DNA from: Eledone cirrhosa
Taxonomy: Eukaryota
Length of the DNA stretch: 64,000 bases
Assembly (NCBI GenBank): GCA_964016885.1
Contig: OZ024743.1
Coordinates: 147,808,001-147,872,000 of the forward strand
Direction of reading: 5' to 3'
This document shows, one piece after another, positions 1 to 13,652 of this stretch. The notes beneath the pieces were generated by a model. That model did no database searches, was not told the origin of the DNA, and saw nothing but the letters and a program-made list of their open reading frames with translations. The position numbers were made by a program, and so were the translations under genes. The stretch's first letter is position 1. Each line of letters opens with the position of its first letter.

Positions 1-644
1 TAAGAAAATTATAAAATTAACTTACTTACTAAAATATCACTTCCAACTAATTAGTTTCTGGAATGGAGTAAATATATTTTCCGAAGAAGATATAGAGAAA
101 CATTTCTTATTTTACGTCTCTGATATTATAGTTCTGCAACCCCATGCATTGAACCACAATGTTACTAAGACAAAACCTATATATTTGCTAGCATTGATAT
201 GCATCTGTATGTATATATATGTTACTAGATATTAATTCTATATAATTATCTCCAAATTATTTGTCGAGCAATATTGGCCATGACTGCTGCTATGGTAGTA
301 GGCAGGCCGCTGTCTTATTAGCAAACCACTTTCCACTGATTGACCTCGATGTCACGTAATTGATTCTTTTTGAATTTGCCACAGACGCAGAGGCAGTGAT
401 TTTCTCAATGGCTAGGAATTCAGTCCACGCTTTGCTATTTCCTATCCACTGAATTATTTTTTAATAAGTTTCCAGAGTCCTCGCTTTGCCTGGAAACTCA
501 GATTCTCATAGAGTTCCCTGACGACGGAATGTTTCTCTATATCTTCTTCGGAAAATATATTTACTCCATTCCAGAAACTAATTAGTTGGAAGTGATATTT
601 TAGTAAGTAAGTTAATTTTATAATTTTCTTATTTTACGTCTCTC
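1..644 (+). mobile_element. Non-coding hammerhead-bearing Penelope-like (pLTR) element, family A; runs off the window start
   Basis: 1-103 is the reverse complement of ~528-631. 104-120 (ttcttattttacgtctc) directly repeats 626-642, giving a 522-nt period. The element ends in (TA)n and contains a hammerhead fold at 514-591. Confidence 0.7.
514..591 (+). ncRNA. Type-I hammerhead ribozyme motif (family A)
   Basis: Stem I UUCC/GGAA; core CUGACGA (518-524); stem II GGAAUG/CAUUCC with long loop; GAAA (574-577); palindromic stem III ACUAAUUAGU; cleavage triplet GUU. Confidence 0.8.
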
Positions 645-662
645 ATATATATATATATATAT

Positions 663-1018
<356 letters not shown>

Positions 1019-1190
1019 GAAAATGAGGTTTTTTTGTTAAATGAAAAAAAAAGCGAGATGTCCTACACGAGTGAAAGTATAAGGAAAGCATAACTTATTG
1101 AAGAGCATAAGAACTGTGAAACCGGTAAAGGAAACAAATGAATATTCTTAAAAAGACTCCAGTTGAATTTTCGACTTCATCTTTTTTCCT
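1019..1190. mobile_element. Diverged family B copy with internal inversion
   Basis: 1019-1088 is the reverse-complemented terminus; 1092-1190 is forward and contains UUGAAGA-GCA...UGU-GAAA-CCGGUA. Confidence 0.65.
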
Positions 1191-1200
1191 TATATATATA

Positions 1201-3821
1201 CTAGCAGTAAAGCCCGGCGTTGCTCGGGGCTGCTCAGTAGCTGTGTTAAAGTCACAATGTTAAGTTCCTTTCTTGGTTTAAAAACTGTAGAGTCGACAGT
1301 GTAGACTTTCATATGGTACTTTTGATTAATATTCCCTCAACCAACAGTATGCCTTATGAAGTTAAGAAAACATAACCATAACCCGAATGTTAAAACAAAA
1401 GAGGATGCTGGGGATAAAAACTGCACTGGTAATCTATTAACAAAAATCGAAAGTGTAAACACTCAAACCCTTGTCTCAGAGAAAAACATCAGCATAACCA
1501 AACTATAAGTTATTTTGAAACAAAGAAATTGGATGGACATGAAAAACAAAAGAAAAATGCGTTATCCGAAGTCGAGGGGGCAGGCAGCATCAAAGAAGTT
1601 CGCACATGTGATAAAAAATATTGACAATGTAATAGCGTAGATGTTTAAGTATAAACTATGAAGAATATCTTGAATATCTTGAAGGAAACCTCTTGAGAGT
1701 GAATGGGTGCCTGTAGGAAGAAGCCTCAATGGCTGTGGTGGATCCCTAGGAGGGTGCAAGTTGACCTTACCATTAGAGCAGCACACTCCGGCTGGTTCAC
1801 CCGGTCACTTTTTGGCTTTGCAAAACTGGCAAATTTCAGACATGCCGCCGATTTGAATATGAGGGTGTATAGCATAATTATTAGCGGGGACATAATTGAA
1901 AGCCTTCAATGATCATTCTGATTTCGCAGCCCTCGAAATACCTCGCTTATTGGCTTTATACTGATCCCCCACCCCCACTCCACCCCACCCCAGTCGAATA
2001 GTTCGGATAGCTGCTGTCTCCGCTTCTCGCCCAGCTGCCGTAGCAGCCTTGTCTCTGCTCTGACGAAGTTTACGTTGAACATCATTCTCTGCAGCTCGCG
2101 CAGCTGCTTTTGCATTTTCATTTCTTGCAAGCCGAGTTTGAAGTTCCTCGTTATTCACTGCAGCATGTGAGGATGCAGTTGAAGAAGCACTTCTGATGCG
2201 TCAAAGTAAACACTCATCATCATTCTCTGTTGTATGTGAAGATACAATGGAAGCAGAATTTCTGGCTCGTCGACGCAAGCAATGCTCATCGATAGACAGG
2301 GCTGTCGCATTCACTGAACACCCCACAATTTGAGGTTGTCTAATGCTCAACGACGCCTCAGTCAGCCTCCTTCTTTTCGTTATCTGAGACAGCGTCAGTC
2401 GTAATAAGGGTATCTTCTTTTTAGGCATCAAGGTGGCGAGCACGATATGACAAAGGAATCTGACAAATGTATCTTAAATATAAAACAATGCGAAAAAATA
2501 AATTTTGCGAATCATTCAATTTTGCAAACCAATTTGTATAATGAGAAATGAGACCAAAATCCTAGAAAATGTCATAGATGCATTATTTACAAAGTCATCT
2601 TTACATGAACATGCAGGGTAACCAATAATGTTGGCACTGCCGTTCTTTAACTTTGTTATAATTCAGTGATAATAGTGATTCAAAGGAAATTTAAACTTTT
2701 TAGAGAAATCAAAATTGCACATAAGGCATATCATCTATATATCAATAAAATCGGTTATGGTAATTAGGAGTTACTTGAAGCCGAACATTACAAAAATGGC
2801 AGCTTAAAAAATTGCTCAATTTCTTTTTATGAAACTTTTTATCAGATTTTGAGTGCATTTCTTAACCGATTATAATTTTACTGAAGAAATGGATGCGAAA
2901 TAGTTACGGCTACGGTAAAAAATGTCTAAGTGTGAAAATCACTTGCATGGATACTGAGCTAAAGCTGATTAAAGAGCCAGTAAGGGTTTTTAGGTCGCCC
3001 TGTATGTCGAGCCGAAATGCACAAAAATGGGGTATGGTGGAAATAATCTGACTTCTTATTTGGATTGAAATTACTCAGATTGACTTGAATTTGCTATTTT
3101 AGTTTGAGCAAAACTTGTGTGCTGTCCAAGCGTCAATTATAATTAACTGCATACCTACTTTTGCTCGCCCCCCCCCCCCCTGGTATATACATGAATCCTA
3201 AAACAAACAATCCGTCCATATTTCCTTCAAGATAAAAGTAAATTAAAGTAAATTTAGCCTTATAAGACAGCAAAGTTAATTTAAGTAGAAGGCCTAACCA
3301 CCAACGCCATAGCAAAATCAAACAACAATTGAGAACTGAAAATAATCCAAGCGTTTAATAGGGAAAATTTTACTTACCAATAAATGAGGTCGCTGACTTT
3401 TTAACGCTTTGTAGCATACAGCGGTAGTACAGTGCAAATGAAGATACTAAACAAATCGAACCAACAATTGAAATTCAATTTGAATGGCATCTAATTATAA
3501 CATCTACTTATACTGAGGAGAATCGAAATGTCTGATCGTCTGCAAGTGGTGGAAATTTGTTATCGTCTGCTCGTTCCATAAAAGGGAAATAACTCGTCTC
3601 TCATCTCTATTTATACATTTGAACTGAAAAATCAATACATTACAAATTCGATTTTTGCACTTGGCGCGGGTCGATTTGAAAATCTTGTTGACCGATGTCT
3701 CCGCCGGAAATTCATCTATAAGTGTAGCAGTTTCACCGAAATTTGAACGTACGGTTTAGAAGGAGGTGTGTGCCGACCGTTTTAGTAGACAGACAGACAA
3801 CCTCAGTTTTATATATATAGA
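1201..3821 (-). mobile_element. Non-autonomous, internally deleted Helitron
   Basis: The minus strand starts TCTATATATATAAAA (3821) and ends in a GC hairpin (1211-1230) plus CTAG (1201-1204), inserted between A and T. It retains RepHel N-terminal remnants. Confidence 0.85.
1562..2428 (-). pseudogene. Helitron RepHel N-terminal remnant (coiled-coil repeats plus zinc-finger-like region); Rep and helicase domains absent
   Basis: MPKKK start, then 'EELQTRLARNENAKAAARAAENDVQRKLRQSRD', then 'IQIGGMSEICQFCKAKK*PGEPAGVCCSNGKVNLHPPRDPPQPLRLL', typical of animal Helitron N-termini; stops and frameshifts present. Confidence 0.8.
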
Positions 3822-3913
3822 TATATATAGTTGAATAAATGGACAGAGAACAAAAAACAGAGCGGCAGTACAAATGGTATGGTTTTTAGTTTCACGCTTG
3901 AGAGTGTATATGC

Positions 3914-4000
<87 letters not shown>

Positions 4001-4071
4001 AATGTAGAAGGTGAGTTTTATGCAGATATCGGATAAGTAGCACTCAAAAGTTTATTGAACTGGAGTATATA

Positions 4072-4426
4072 TAAGAAGAAGAAATTAAAAGATGGTTAAA
4101 AAAGTTCCATATATTTTATTATACGCATTTGAAAAACAAATATCATCCTGGGATGATAGTTGCGTTCTCATCAGATAAAATAAGGTAACATGATATGATG
4201 CCTAAAAAAACACTTGTGAACAAGAAAGTGTCCAGTCAACATAATATGTTGACATTATACGTTGACCGGACACTTTCTTGTTCACAAGTGTTTTTTTAGG
4301 CATCATATCATGTTATCTTATTTTTTCTGATGAGAACGCAACTATCGTCCCAGGATGATATTTGTTTTTCAAATGCGCATAATAAAATATATGGAACTTT
4401 TCTAACCATCTTTGAATTTCTTCTTA
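4072..4426. mobile_element. Palindromic pair of family C pLTR-like elements
   Basis: ~175-bp arms inverted about ~4250 with (TA)n at the outer ends; single-arm homologue at 40572-40740. Confidence 0.8.
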
Positions 4427-4517
4427 TATATATATATACATATATACACACATATACATACACACACACAGACACACACGCACACACACACACACACACA
4501 ATATATATATATATATA

Positions 4518-4787
4518 AAGAAATAAAGATGAAATCGAAAATGCAACTGGAGTCTTATTTTAAAAAATATATATATATTTATTTGGTTCCTTTACCGGTT
4601 TCGCAGTTCTTCTGCTTTTCAAAAGTAGAGTTGAGATACGTGAGAAAAACCACAGACCCTTCATCTCAACATATATATTTTAAAAAAAATAAGACTCCAG
4701 TTGCATTTTCGATTTCATCTTTTTTTCTTTATACTTCCACTCGTGTAGGACACCTCGGTTATTTTTCATTTTGTAAAAAACCCTCAC

Positions 4788-4795
<8 letters not shown>
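4518..4795. mobile_element. Family B inverted pair; forward arm has lost the hammerhead
   Basis: Minus-strand arm 4518-4637 carries the hammerhead at 4590-4625; forward arm 4638-4795 is deleted across it. Confidence 0.7.
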
Positions 4796-4852
<57 letters not shown>

Positions 4853-4913
4853 TAGAACCAGAGATATGTGTTTTTTAAGAAACCCATCGTACTCCCCCGC
4901 CCATTTATATATG

Positions 4914-4952
<39 letters not shown>

Positions 4953-5022
4953 ACATAGGACTATAGGACTATTTTTATCATATGTAACCCATGTGCAACC
5001 ACGCAGTATTCTTTTTCTTCTC

Positions 5023-5096
<74 letters not shown>

Positions 5097-5118
5097 CAAC
5101 ATGACCCTCCCAAAGTAT

Positions 5119-5156
<38 letters not shown>

Positions 5157-5160
<4 letters not shown>

Positions 5161-5805
5161 TAAAATAACAGATTAAAGTTTAAGCAAAGAATCGCTGCTT
5201 TCACCCTTATCGGGATCTTCTGAAACTAACAAAGTCAATCTGTAAACGCAGAAGTGGATATTTCAAAAAACGTTGCAACCGGAGGAAGACAGGAAGACGA
5301 TACTTTGGTTCGTGGTAACGTTCCCTGGCAAAGAACGGGAAAAAAAGAATATAATACGTCATTAAAAGGAGCGGTGAAAAACAATTACGCGCAAAGACAG
5401 AACCACGTTTATGGTAGACTAATGTTCTCTTAGGTGGTTCATAGAGACGTTCTCTGGCAATGAACGAAAAAAAACGAAGATAATACGTCATATGTGGAGT
5501 ATGGAGGTGCAGAACAATTGCACGCAAAGACAAAACCACGTAAATGGTATAGCAGAAGTCGTAGACTAAAATTCTAACTAGGAGACCGAATGAATCTCCG
5601 CTTCAGAGTTAAGAACAAAGTAAATAAATACAATACAATTAAATAAATACATACACGCATACAAATACGTACATACACTATGCGTGTATACAAATAAATA
5701 AATAAATAAATAATTATTTATTTATTTGTATACACGCATACCCACGCACACATATTTATATGTGCGTAGTTTTGTATACCTATGGTAAGTGTTTTCGCGT
5801 ATGCC
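5157..5805 (-). mobile_element. Family D non-coding Penelope-like element, truncated with inverted end
   Basis: Matches ~43313-43830; inverted segment 5714-5805 matches ~43855-43950; internal ~130-bp direct repeats. Confidence 0.75.
5177..5227 (-). ncRNA. Hammerhead motif, U4A variant (family D); further copies 43332-43382(-), 44522-44579(+, damaged), 56356-56406(-)
   Basis: Stem I AGUUU/AAACU; core CAGAAGA; stem II CCC/GGG; GAAA; stem III AGCA/UGCU; triplet CUU. Confidence 0.6.
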
Positions 5806-7149
5806 AACAATAAAAAGAATAGCAGCTATTAATTAATTACACACGAACACGAAGTCTCACCACATGAATATCAATAAATATAGTTCGCAAGTAGTGCAAC
5901 ATGTTCATATTGAAATATTTAGTCAACATATAACTGTGGCAAACAGGTCATCGTTTGGGTACACTTAAATTTGATCCACTGTTTCAAACACATTCTGACG
6001 GTGATTCATCACATTCTATGGAGCAGTTTAATGATTCTCTATATACTAGGTTAACAGTCATGATGTCTCTTTACGGTGTCACTAGAGGGCATACAGGAAA
6101 AGAAAGAAAAACTGTAGAAACGAAGAGAGAAGAAGAAAATAACAAAAAGAGGAAATGATTAAGAGCAATAAATAGAAAATGCCAAAGAAACCGTCATTAG
6201 ACAAAAAGGGTTAGAATCAGCAATAAATCAGGGAGTATGATTATGGAGACGTAAGCGCTACTATTTATATTCAAGAACTAATATTTTTGTGTTAGAAACC
6301 AGTATTTAATAATTAAATTGAGGTAATATTCCACGTCTTTGCTGGAAGTACTTTATCAATCTATATTCTCATGTGTTCTCTTTTAGTATTTCTCAACATA
6401 ATCGTTAGTCCCTTCAGCCTCCTCCCCACGTCACCGTCCTCATCGTCACCACTCCTCCCACGACGAAGACTACCACCATCATCACCACCACCACTAAGCC
6501 CTCACCATAACAGCAACACTAATACCACCACCATCACTATCATCGTCATCCAACAATTTGTATTTGTCATGTATGTAATTTAAATTTCATTTAAGCATGC
6601 AAAAGACTGAAGGGAAAATGATTTTTCACCGAAAACCATTACACTTTTAAAAACTGAACCTCTATACTTATTATACTCAACTATACGCATATATATACTT
6701 ACATGCTTATTCATTATACTGTATAATATATACACATTTTTACATGTATGTTTACTATAATGTACACGGCAGAAGCACAAAAACAGTCACATACATATAC
6801 ATAGACACGCTTTCTTACGCGTACATACTTATGTACATAAAAAAGCTAACACAGAGACTGCAGAAACAAATTCATTACAATTACCTTAGATTGTCATACT
6901 TTAATATTTCATGAATTTCCATCCATTCCTACCAACCCTATAACCACATAGATAATAACCACTATATTTTCCTCTACTAGCAACAAGCCCAATCAGCACA
7001 ACTAAAACCATCATCCACACCCGCAACACTAAGGAATTTTCTAGTAACTGGGAAAAATAAGATTACACGATGATTCTGACATAGTAATTTGTTGTATTTA
7101 TTGTTATATAGACGAACAATAGAATTATTCGTATACTGCTGGAAGACCA

Positions 7150-8300
7150 TACAACAGTTTCAGATTAAGTAGAATAGTTCAGTAAGTGTGTTTCAACAAT
7201 GTACTGGCATCAAATTTGTAAATCTCGAACGGTATTTAGTTTGGGCGTGGCTTTTACCATTAGAAATCTGGCTATGATCTTTTAACCTTACCCATAGTTG
7301 CATCTACACCATAAATTTGATATATAATCCATGTCGAGTTTACGTTATTAATTCATCATCACCTACGAACTCACGAGTCAACAATCAAATGTTCAGCTCA
7401 TCTTTTAAAGTTACTAATCCTATCTATGAGTAACTTCGAATTATCAGATGAGGGCAGGAACGGTGCTATTTGTTTTACGGTCGTAAGCAGCTGTCAGACT
7501 TACATAGGATGATTACTACATGCCTTTCCACAGTTTCTTGCACTATACTTACTTTGTTTCAGCATCGGGTTGCTTTCATTAATTTTAGATTAGTTTTACC
7601 AGAACACTCAGCAAAGAGGTAAGGATTGTTTTAGAGGTAGACTCTTAGACAGCCATTCCACATCTTGTGAGATCTATGCACAGTATCCTACACATATATA
7701 TGAGGTAATATCAGCATAATTTTCATTAAAGCAGGCCCGCTATTTCTGATACACAAGCATAAAATCTCGGTTGATGAATCAAATACTTTTTTCTAAGAGG
7801 TTTCAAGCTCACCATCGTTAAATGGTAGAATTCTGCTATTTTCAATAGTCACAGAGAGTTTCATTTCAAATTGCACAACATTCACCAAAGATCTGTACAG
7901 TTTTCTTGGCATATTTGTTTTGGATGTTTGTGTTTGGGCGATGTAAAAATGAGCTGATATTGCAGAATGCCACACGATGATTAGACCAACATTTTCCAGT
8001 TCTATATGACTTTGAGGAATATTTCTGTCAAACTAGGACATTATAACATGATTGTCAATTACAACCATAACAATAAGCATATTCATGATCTTTATATTTG
8101 TGCCTGAAGTGATGGTTACAGTGTCTAGTGAGGCATTTGGGGAGATCTGTCCAGAATCTGTCCAGATTGACCCTTCCAAATGTAATGGACACCGTCCTTA
8201 GATATTTGTACGAAATCATGATGGATACTGTGATTTCTGATAACCAATATTCTAGGCTTATTCCTGTTTCAAAGAAAACTAAATAAGACTTCATTCTTAT
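7150..8300 (-). pseudogene. Highly decayed Penelope-like RT / GIY-YIG remnant
   Basis: 'KLSVTIENSRILPFNDGELETS' resembles the PLE RT motif FTxExExxxxLPFLD..TS; a frameshifted 'IYQ(F)xCRCNYG..RLKDH' lies near 7280-7330. Confidence 0.4.
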
Positions 8301-8689
8301 ATTTGTTTCTTTGTCTTCCTAACCTCTCTAACTTTAAGGATAGTGATGATGTAAATGTCACGTTTCAATCCAATAAATAAAACTTCAATACCAAAAGAGG
8401 CTTCAATTTATGTAAGTTATTATTTTTTTTTTGCAGAGAGTTGTACAGTGGCTGCTCATTCTTTGAAAGATATGTATGATTTTCAAAGACATACAAGGCG
8501 TTTGATATTACTACACAAAAACTTAACTTGTTCTTCAGCGTATTTCAAATGCAACATAGCCAAACTCTATAATAAAATGTTGGTTACGCTGCAACCAATC
8601 TGAATTGTAAAATATGATAGTCATGAAAAAGAAGCCCCTATTGGATAATATCCCAGTCCCTCTTAAAGGACCATGATACCTCAAATAAA

Positions 8690-8990
8690 ACAATATTTCA
8701 TTGTAGTTCTCTTCAGATTATTGTACGGATATGAAGCGTTGACACCAACAGAATAACAAATCAACTCTGTAGAGGCATTTCACATGGGATGTTTACGTTC
8801 GAAATATAACATTTCCTTGAGATGGAAGGCAATGAAAATACTGCACTTAAAACAAAGTCCAGCTCTCTAACACTTGCATGAAATGAGCATCCCTTCCAGA
8901 ACTTCCGGCTCATGTACAGATTCAAGGTCAGCCGCCTAGCTTATCGTGGAAAAAAAGCACTAGAACGAGATTTAACACGCACATAATCAA
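8690..8990 (+). mobile_element. Decayed RTE LINE fragment (post-RT region)
   Basis: Translates 'VVLFRLLYGYEALTPTE*QINSVEAFHMGCLRS', matching the RTE LLYGxExW...EAFHxxCLR motif. Confidence 0.6.
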
Positions 8991-9206
8991 ACCTGTATGT
9001 CTAAACACAAATTCTCGTTCATCAGAGTCTGGCAACCACAGAAGTTTAACTTAATTTGTATTTATTATTCTATTAATTTTGTTGATTTAATCCAGGTTCG
9101 CCATATGTTATCCATCTGTTAATTGTATTTTAAAAACTCGTATATATTTGCTTTCGTTACAGAAAAGTCATACGAGTTTACAAATGGAGAGTCCATTTTT
9201 ATCACT

Positions 9207-9309
<103 letters not shown>

Positions 9310-10220
9310 CAGGAAAGAAGATTGACATGGTTTGCTATACAAAAAAGGTGTTTAATCTCATTGCTGACAATTGTTTCTCTGAACTGGTAGGTCTAGAGAT
9401 CGCTATCCGCTTGTTTTCACGTTACTCGATCGCCAATACAAAATTATAACCAGTCAGTTCTTCGGAGCATGTATATATATATATATATATACGCGGTTGT
9501 GTGTTTGTGTGTATGTGTGTGTGTGGTGTGTGTGCGCGCGCGCGTGTGTATGTGTGTGAGCGAGCGTGTAGGTATGTATACATGTTTATGAGTTAATTTT
9601 CTCTATCAGATAAAAGTTTTCCTATAAGTTTTTAGTGTACCTACTATTAACACTCTGTTCATTCCCATCTCTGAGGTTATTCTCTTGAACATAGACTATC
9701 TCCAGTATAATGCATATTTGAAGTACAGGATTAGATGTTTGGGTTTAGCCATATGTATGGTTTTCTTTGAAATTTGTTTAAGTTCTTTGCAGAATTTAAG
9801 CCAGCCACTAACAAAGTAACAACAGCTTTTGTTGGAGCCAAGACCGTTTCAAGAATTTTAAATACAAGAGTGAGCTAAATTATTCGTATATAAAGGTGTA
9901 TGTACTTACTTTACGCGTGGACATGTCTGAGCAGCATACGGGTATAGGCATGAGTGCGTGTGTATGTATGTATGTGTGTCTATGACTCCTCGTTATGTAT
10001 GCATGTGGTCGTATGTGTGTCTAGATTCATTCTAGCTGACAGAAATGGCGAATCTTTCGAATAACTTACAAACCTCTGTCGTTCTTTTAATCGTTGGATT
10101 TTGAAAAAATGAAAAGTACCTTATGTCCATGTGACACTATTTAAGTATATATGTATGCATGTATGTATGCATGTATGTATATGTGTATGTATGTGTGTAT
10201 GTATGGATGTATGTATGTAT

Positions 10221-10870
10221 GTGACCTGACATATGTCAGGTCACCACTTGGTGCTACTGGTAACATGTATCCCAGTACAACCTGTCTCATGGTCGGGTCG
10301 TTGGCGACTAAACTGGCAACCCCACCAAGGTTTCTTGGTGAGGAGGGTGACTTTGGACATCCTGCAGGACTAAAAACAAAACCTGCCAAAGGGCAAAGGA
10401 GCTCTTAAGAGTCAATGGCCATCCAAAATCACTGGGAGAGATGACCCCTTAGCCTTTGTCAAGGCAGAATTCTAGGAGAAGGAAAACTCTGATATAACAC
10501 CTGCAACCCTGATGGTATCCAATGATGTTGACTCGTTCTTCTTTTTGGTAAATATCATCTTGGTTAAGAGAGTGGGACTGGCTTTGTGCAGTGCCTTTGC
10601 TCACTATAAAAACTTCACGGCACAGGCATTGCTTTGTATCTGGAGGTCTCTCTGCACTTGTCATCACATGGTACTATGGGCCCAGCACTATGTGTCAATA
10701 ATTGTCACAAGTGTAGTGTTTGTACCAGAGTTTTCAAGTCGCTGGCTGGACTAAAAAGTCACACTCGTTCAGCGCATCGGTAGGGGTTCTCCTACATGGA
10801 TATAAAGTAGTGGCCGTACTCGAAAACGAGTTGGCAGTCACCATGTATGTATGTATGTATGTATGTATGA
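10221..10870 (+). mobile_element. Bipartite (internally deleted) RTE-derived non-autonomous element with (TATG)n tail
   Basis: An RTE-like 5' UTR (aggagaaggaaaactctgat) is joined to a terminal C2H2 finger CSVCTRVFKSLAGLKSHTRSAHR*. A close copy lies at 38181-38683(-), with older copies at 25423-25890(-) and 61373-61890(-). Confidence 0.7.
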
Positions 10871-11518
10871 ATAGATAGATGGCTGAATGGATGGATTAAT
10901 TAATGGATGAAATGAAGCATGTATGTATGCATGTATGTTATCTTTCATTTTTATTTAATTTTATTTATTTGGTTTCTAACAACGAATTATATTTCTACGA
11001 TGGAATTTATATAACAACAATGTAGATTTACAAGTCGAACTTCAAAATAGTTTTGCATGGTTTTACTATTCCACTTACAGTTCCACTCTTTGAGATTAGC
11101 TCTTTTTCATTTTGTTGCATAATTTTGTTTACCAATTGGAGTTATAAATACAATATATGTGATTAAAATATGTGAGAGTCCTGAATGAAAATCATTCAGT
11201 TACTCTGGGCTATAATGAAATTGATTAAGATACCAAACTAGTTGATCGATTACTAATTTTGGGACACTAAATAAGAAAATGATACTAATATTTGAAGTTT
11301 AGGTCTTGTCTTTGAGATTTAGATCAGTATCGGTGCTGCAAAACATTTTGGGATAATTTAAGGGAACAGAAGCAACTATTAAAACTTTTAAAAATAGGAT
11401 GCATTTATCTACTTTTTGTTTTCAACACTTTTATAAGGTAATATTTCGAAAACTAAGTATGTGCAGCACTCATTGTATGGAACAAGAAAAATAGATAGTC
11501 CAGGGATGCAAATATTTC

Positions 11519-11960
11519 TTAGTTAAAGAGCATTTTCCCTTCTTCTTCTTCTTCTTCTTCTTCTTCTTCTTCTTCTTCTTCTTCTTCTTCTTCTTCTTCT
11601 TCTTCCTGGGGGAAGGGTCCTCAAGCGCACCTACCAGCGGATCCTGTCAGAAGCAACCGTCTCCAATCGATTCGGCTTGATTCCCAAGCGAAACCAGCCG
11701 AGCTCATGGATGTTATCCAACCATTTTGTTCGAGTACTACACCCGTGTCTCCTGTCGCTTGGATTTGCTCGTAAAATATGTCCAACGATTCCTTCCTAAG
11801 ACAGATATTATAACTACACTGATGTAATATCGGATCTGTGATCTCTCAATTCGGAGAAGTAGTGGCTCGTCTTAGTGTGACTCTCTGATCTCTGAGCTCC
11901 GCACTCTATCGGAGGAACTCAATTTCGGCCGCTTCAATTCGTGATCGTATCCTTGTAATT
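11519..11960 (-). mobile_element. RTE LINE 3' end with (GAA)n tail
   Basis: Minus strand 'RSRIEAAEIEFLR' ... 'RTKWLDNIHELGW..LGI...LETVASDRIRW'; (TTC)n at 11519-11606. Confidence 0.75.
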
Positions 11961-12413
11961 TAGATTCACATTGCTCATTCATATTACTCAACTTATTTCT
12001 ATGATTTTAAATAGATCTACACAGATTTATCAAATTGCTCTGTTATCTGCAAATCTAGGAAAAGAAACAAATGATTTGCTTGATTTCAATTGTTTATCCA
12101 GCTAGCCCTAAGTTTATTAAAATGAATTGACTTCATATAAATCCAAACCACAGTAAGTTAATATAATTTAAATAATATTTCATTTTTAAACATTGAGCTA
12201 CTTGCTATAAACATTTTGCATAAAGCAATGTTTGATTTAAGTTATTACCAAACAGAAAACGTGTTATAACTTAGTCAATTTCTCCTTAAATTTTATATAT
12301 GTCTTGATACAAATCGATAAAGAAAATTTATCCTAAATTATTTCTGTTAGTTTTATATTTCTTTATGTGCTTTTATTGAAAATATTGATTACAACTCCCT
12401 TTTTCCCATACAG

Positions 12414-12443
12414 AGCTATAATCGAGCTAATTTCAAGAGACAT
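12414..12443 (+). CDS. Candidate host micro-exon 1 (AIIELISRD), unknown protein
   Basis: Polypyrimidine tract plus cag acceptor, gtaata donor; frame-compatible with 24107-24170. Confidence 0.35.
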
Positions 12444-12828
12444 GTAATATGTTACTGGAGCCTCAGTATCTGAAGTTAAATCAATGTATTAAGAAAACAG
12501 TTCAGGAAAGAGTTGGCGTATTACAAGATATCAGGCTAATACAATAAAATATTTTGATCTGAACTAATACATATCAGAGATATAAATTATATCAGTAAAC
12601 ACATTTGCCTTCAATGCTAAGGTTTTTTTTTCTATACAAACTTGTGCAAAATCCTCACATTTTAATTCTTTGTGTCATTAAATATTTTGAACAATTTTTA
12701 CTTCCATAAACTCGTGTATAAATAAATTAAGTGTAACAGTCTTAGAGAATATGACACAAATTAGCAGTGATCATTCTGTATCAAGCATACGGAATGTTGC
12801 ATTTTATCTCACATTTTTCTTTCGTTCT

Positions 12829-13582
12829 TTCACCCTTTTTATTTAAAATTTCAGCATTTATAAACAGAAGTCTAATATTTGTGCTTGACATGCTTTTTTA
12901 ACTATTCAATTGAATGGAAAAGAATTTAATACTTTTAAAATATAAAACGATTACTACAAGCAGCAAATATTCCAACTGAGTAGGAAATCCTATGAGAATT
13001 TTAGAAATTAAGGGAAATGTTGCAGTATGATTCAAAAATTTGGGGTATTTTCTGTTACTTCAAATATTAAAACAATATTTTGAGGGATACATATGATATG
13101 TATTATGTTTTTTTTTTCTCTTTAAATTATGGACAATGAAAATAAAAGACTCTGCAACATAAATACGTTACTCAAGTTGCATGAAAGAAACGAATTAATT
13201 TCCACTCTAAAAAGAACATTTAACCAAGGACTCAGAAAAGACGTGTTTATGCTCTATACTATTGCAATGAAATATTTAACATTTTATTCAGAATTGTGCA
13301 ACACATTCAAATTGGGCAGCTTTCGAGAGAAAATGAAGAAGATTCGGAATACATTTAAATGCTTTTAAAACAGTGAACTAATTCAGAAACTATCTTTGAA
13401 TTTTCTTATGTTTTTCTTGTTCAATACACACACACAAACACAGAGACATACATAAACACACATAAATACACACACACGCATTATATATAAATATATATAG
13501 TAATAATAATAAATGTGAAGACTAAAATCCAAAGAGGGCTCGAAAAGGATAAATATATATCAAATATATAAGAACCGTAGAG

Positions 13583-13652
<70 letters not shown>

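Noticed and set aside
4072-4426. Palindromes as MITEs or CRISPR-like arrays
   Set aside because: The same sequences also occur as single arms with variable inversion points and no TSDs; there is no repeat-spacer periodicity; the context is eukaryotic.
10239-10320. HDV-like ribozyme at the 5' end of the RTE derivative
   Set aside because: P2 (ccagt/actgg) and P4 can be drawn, but L3 would be too short in my manual fold; it needs a descriptor search.
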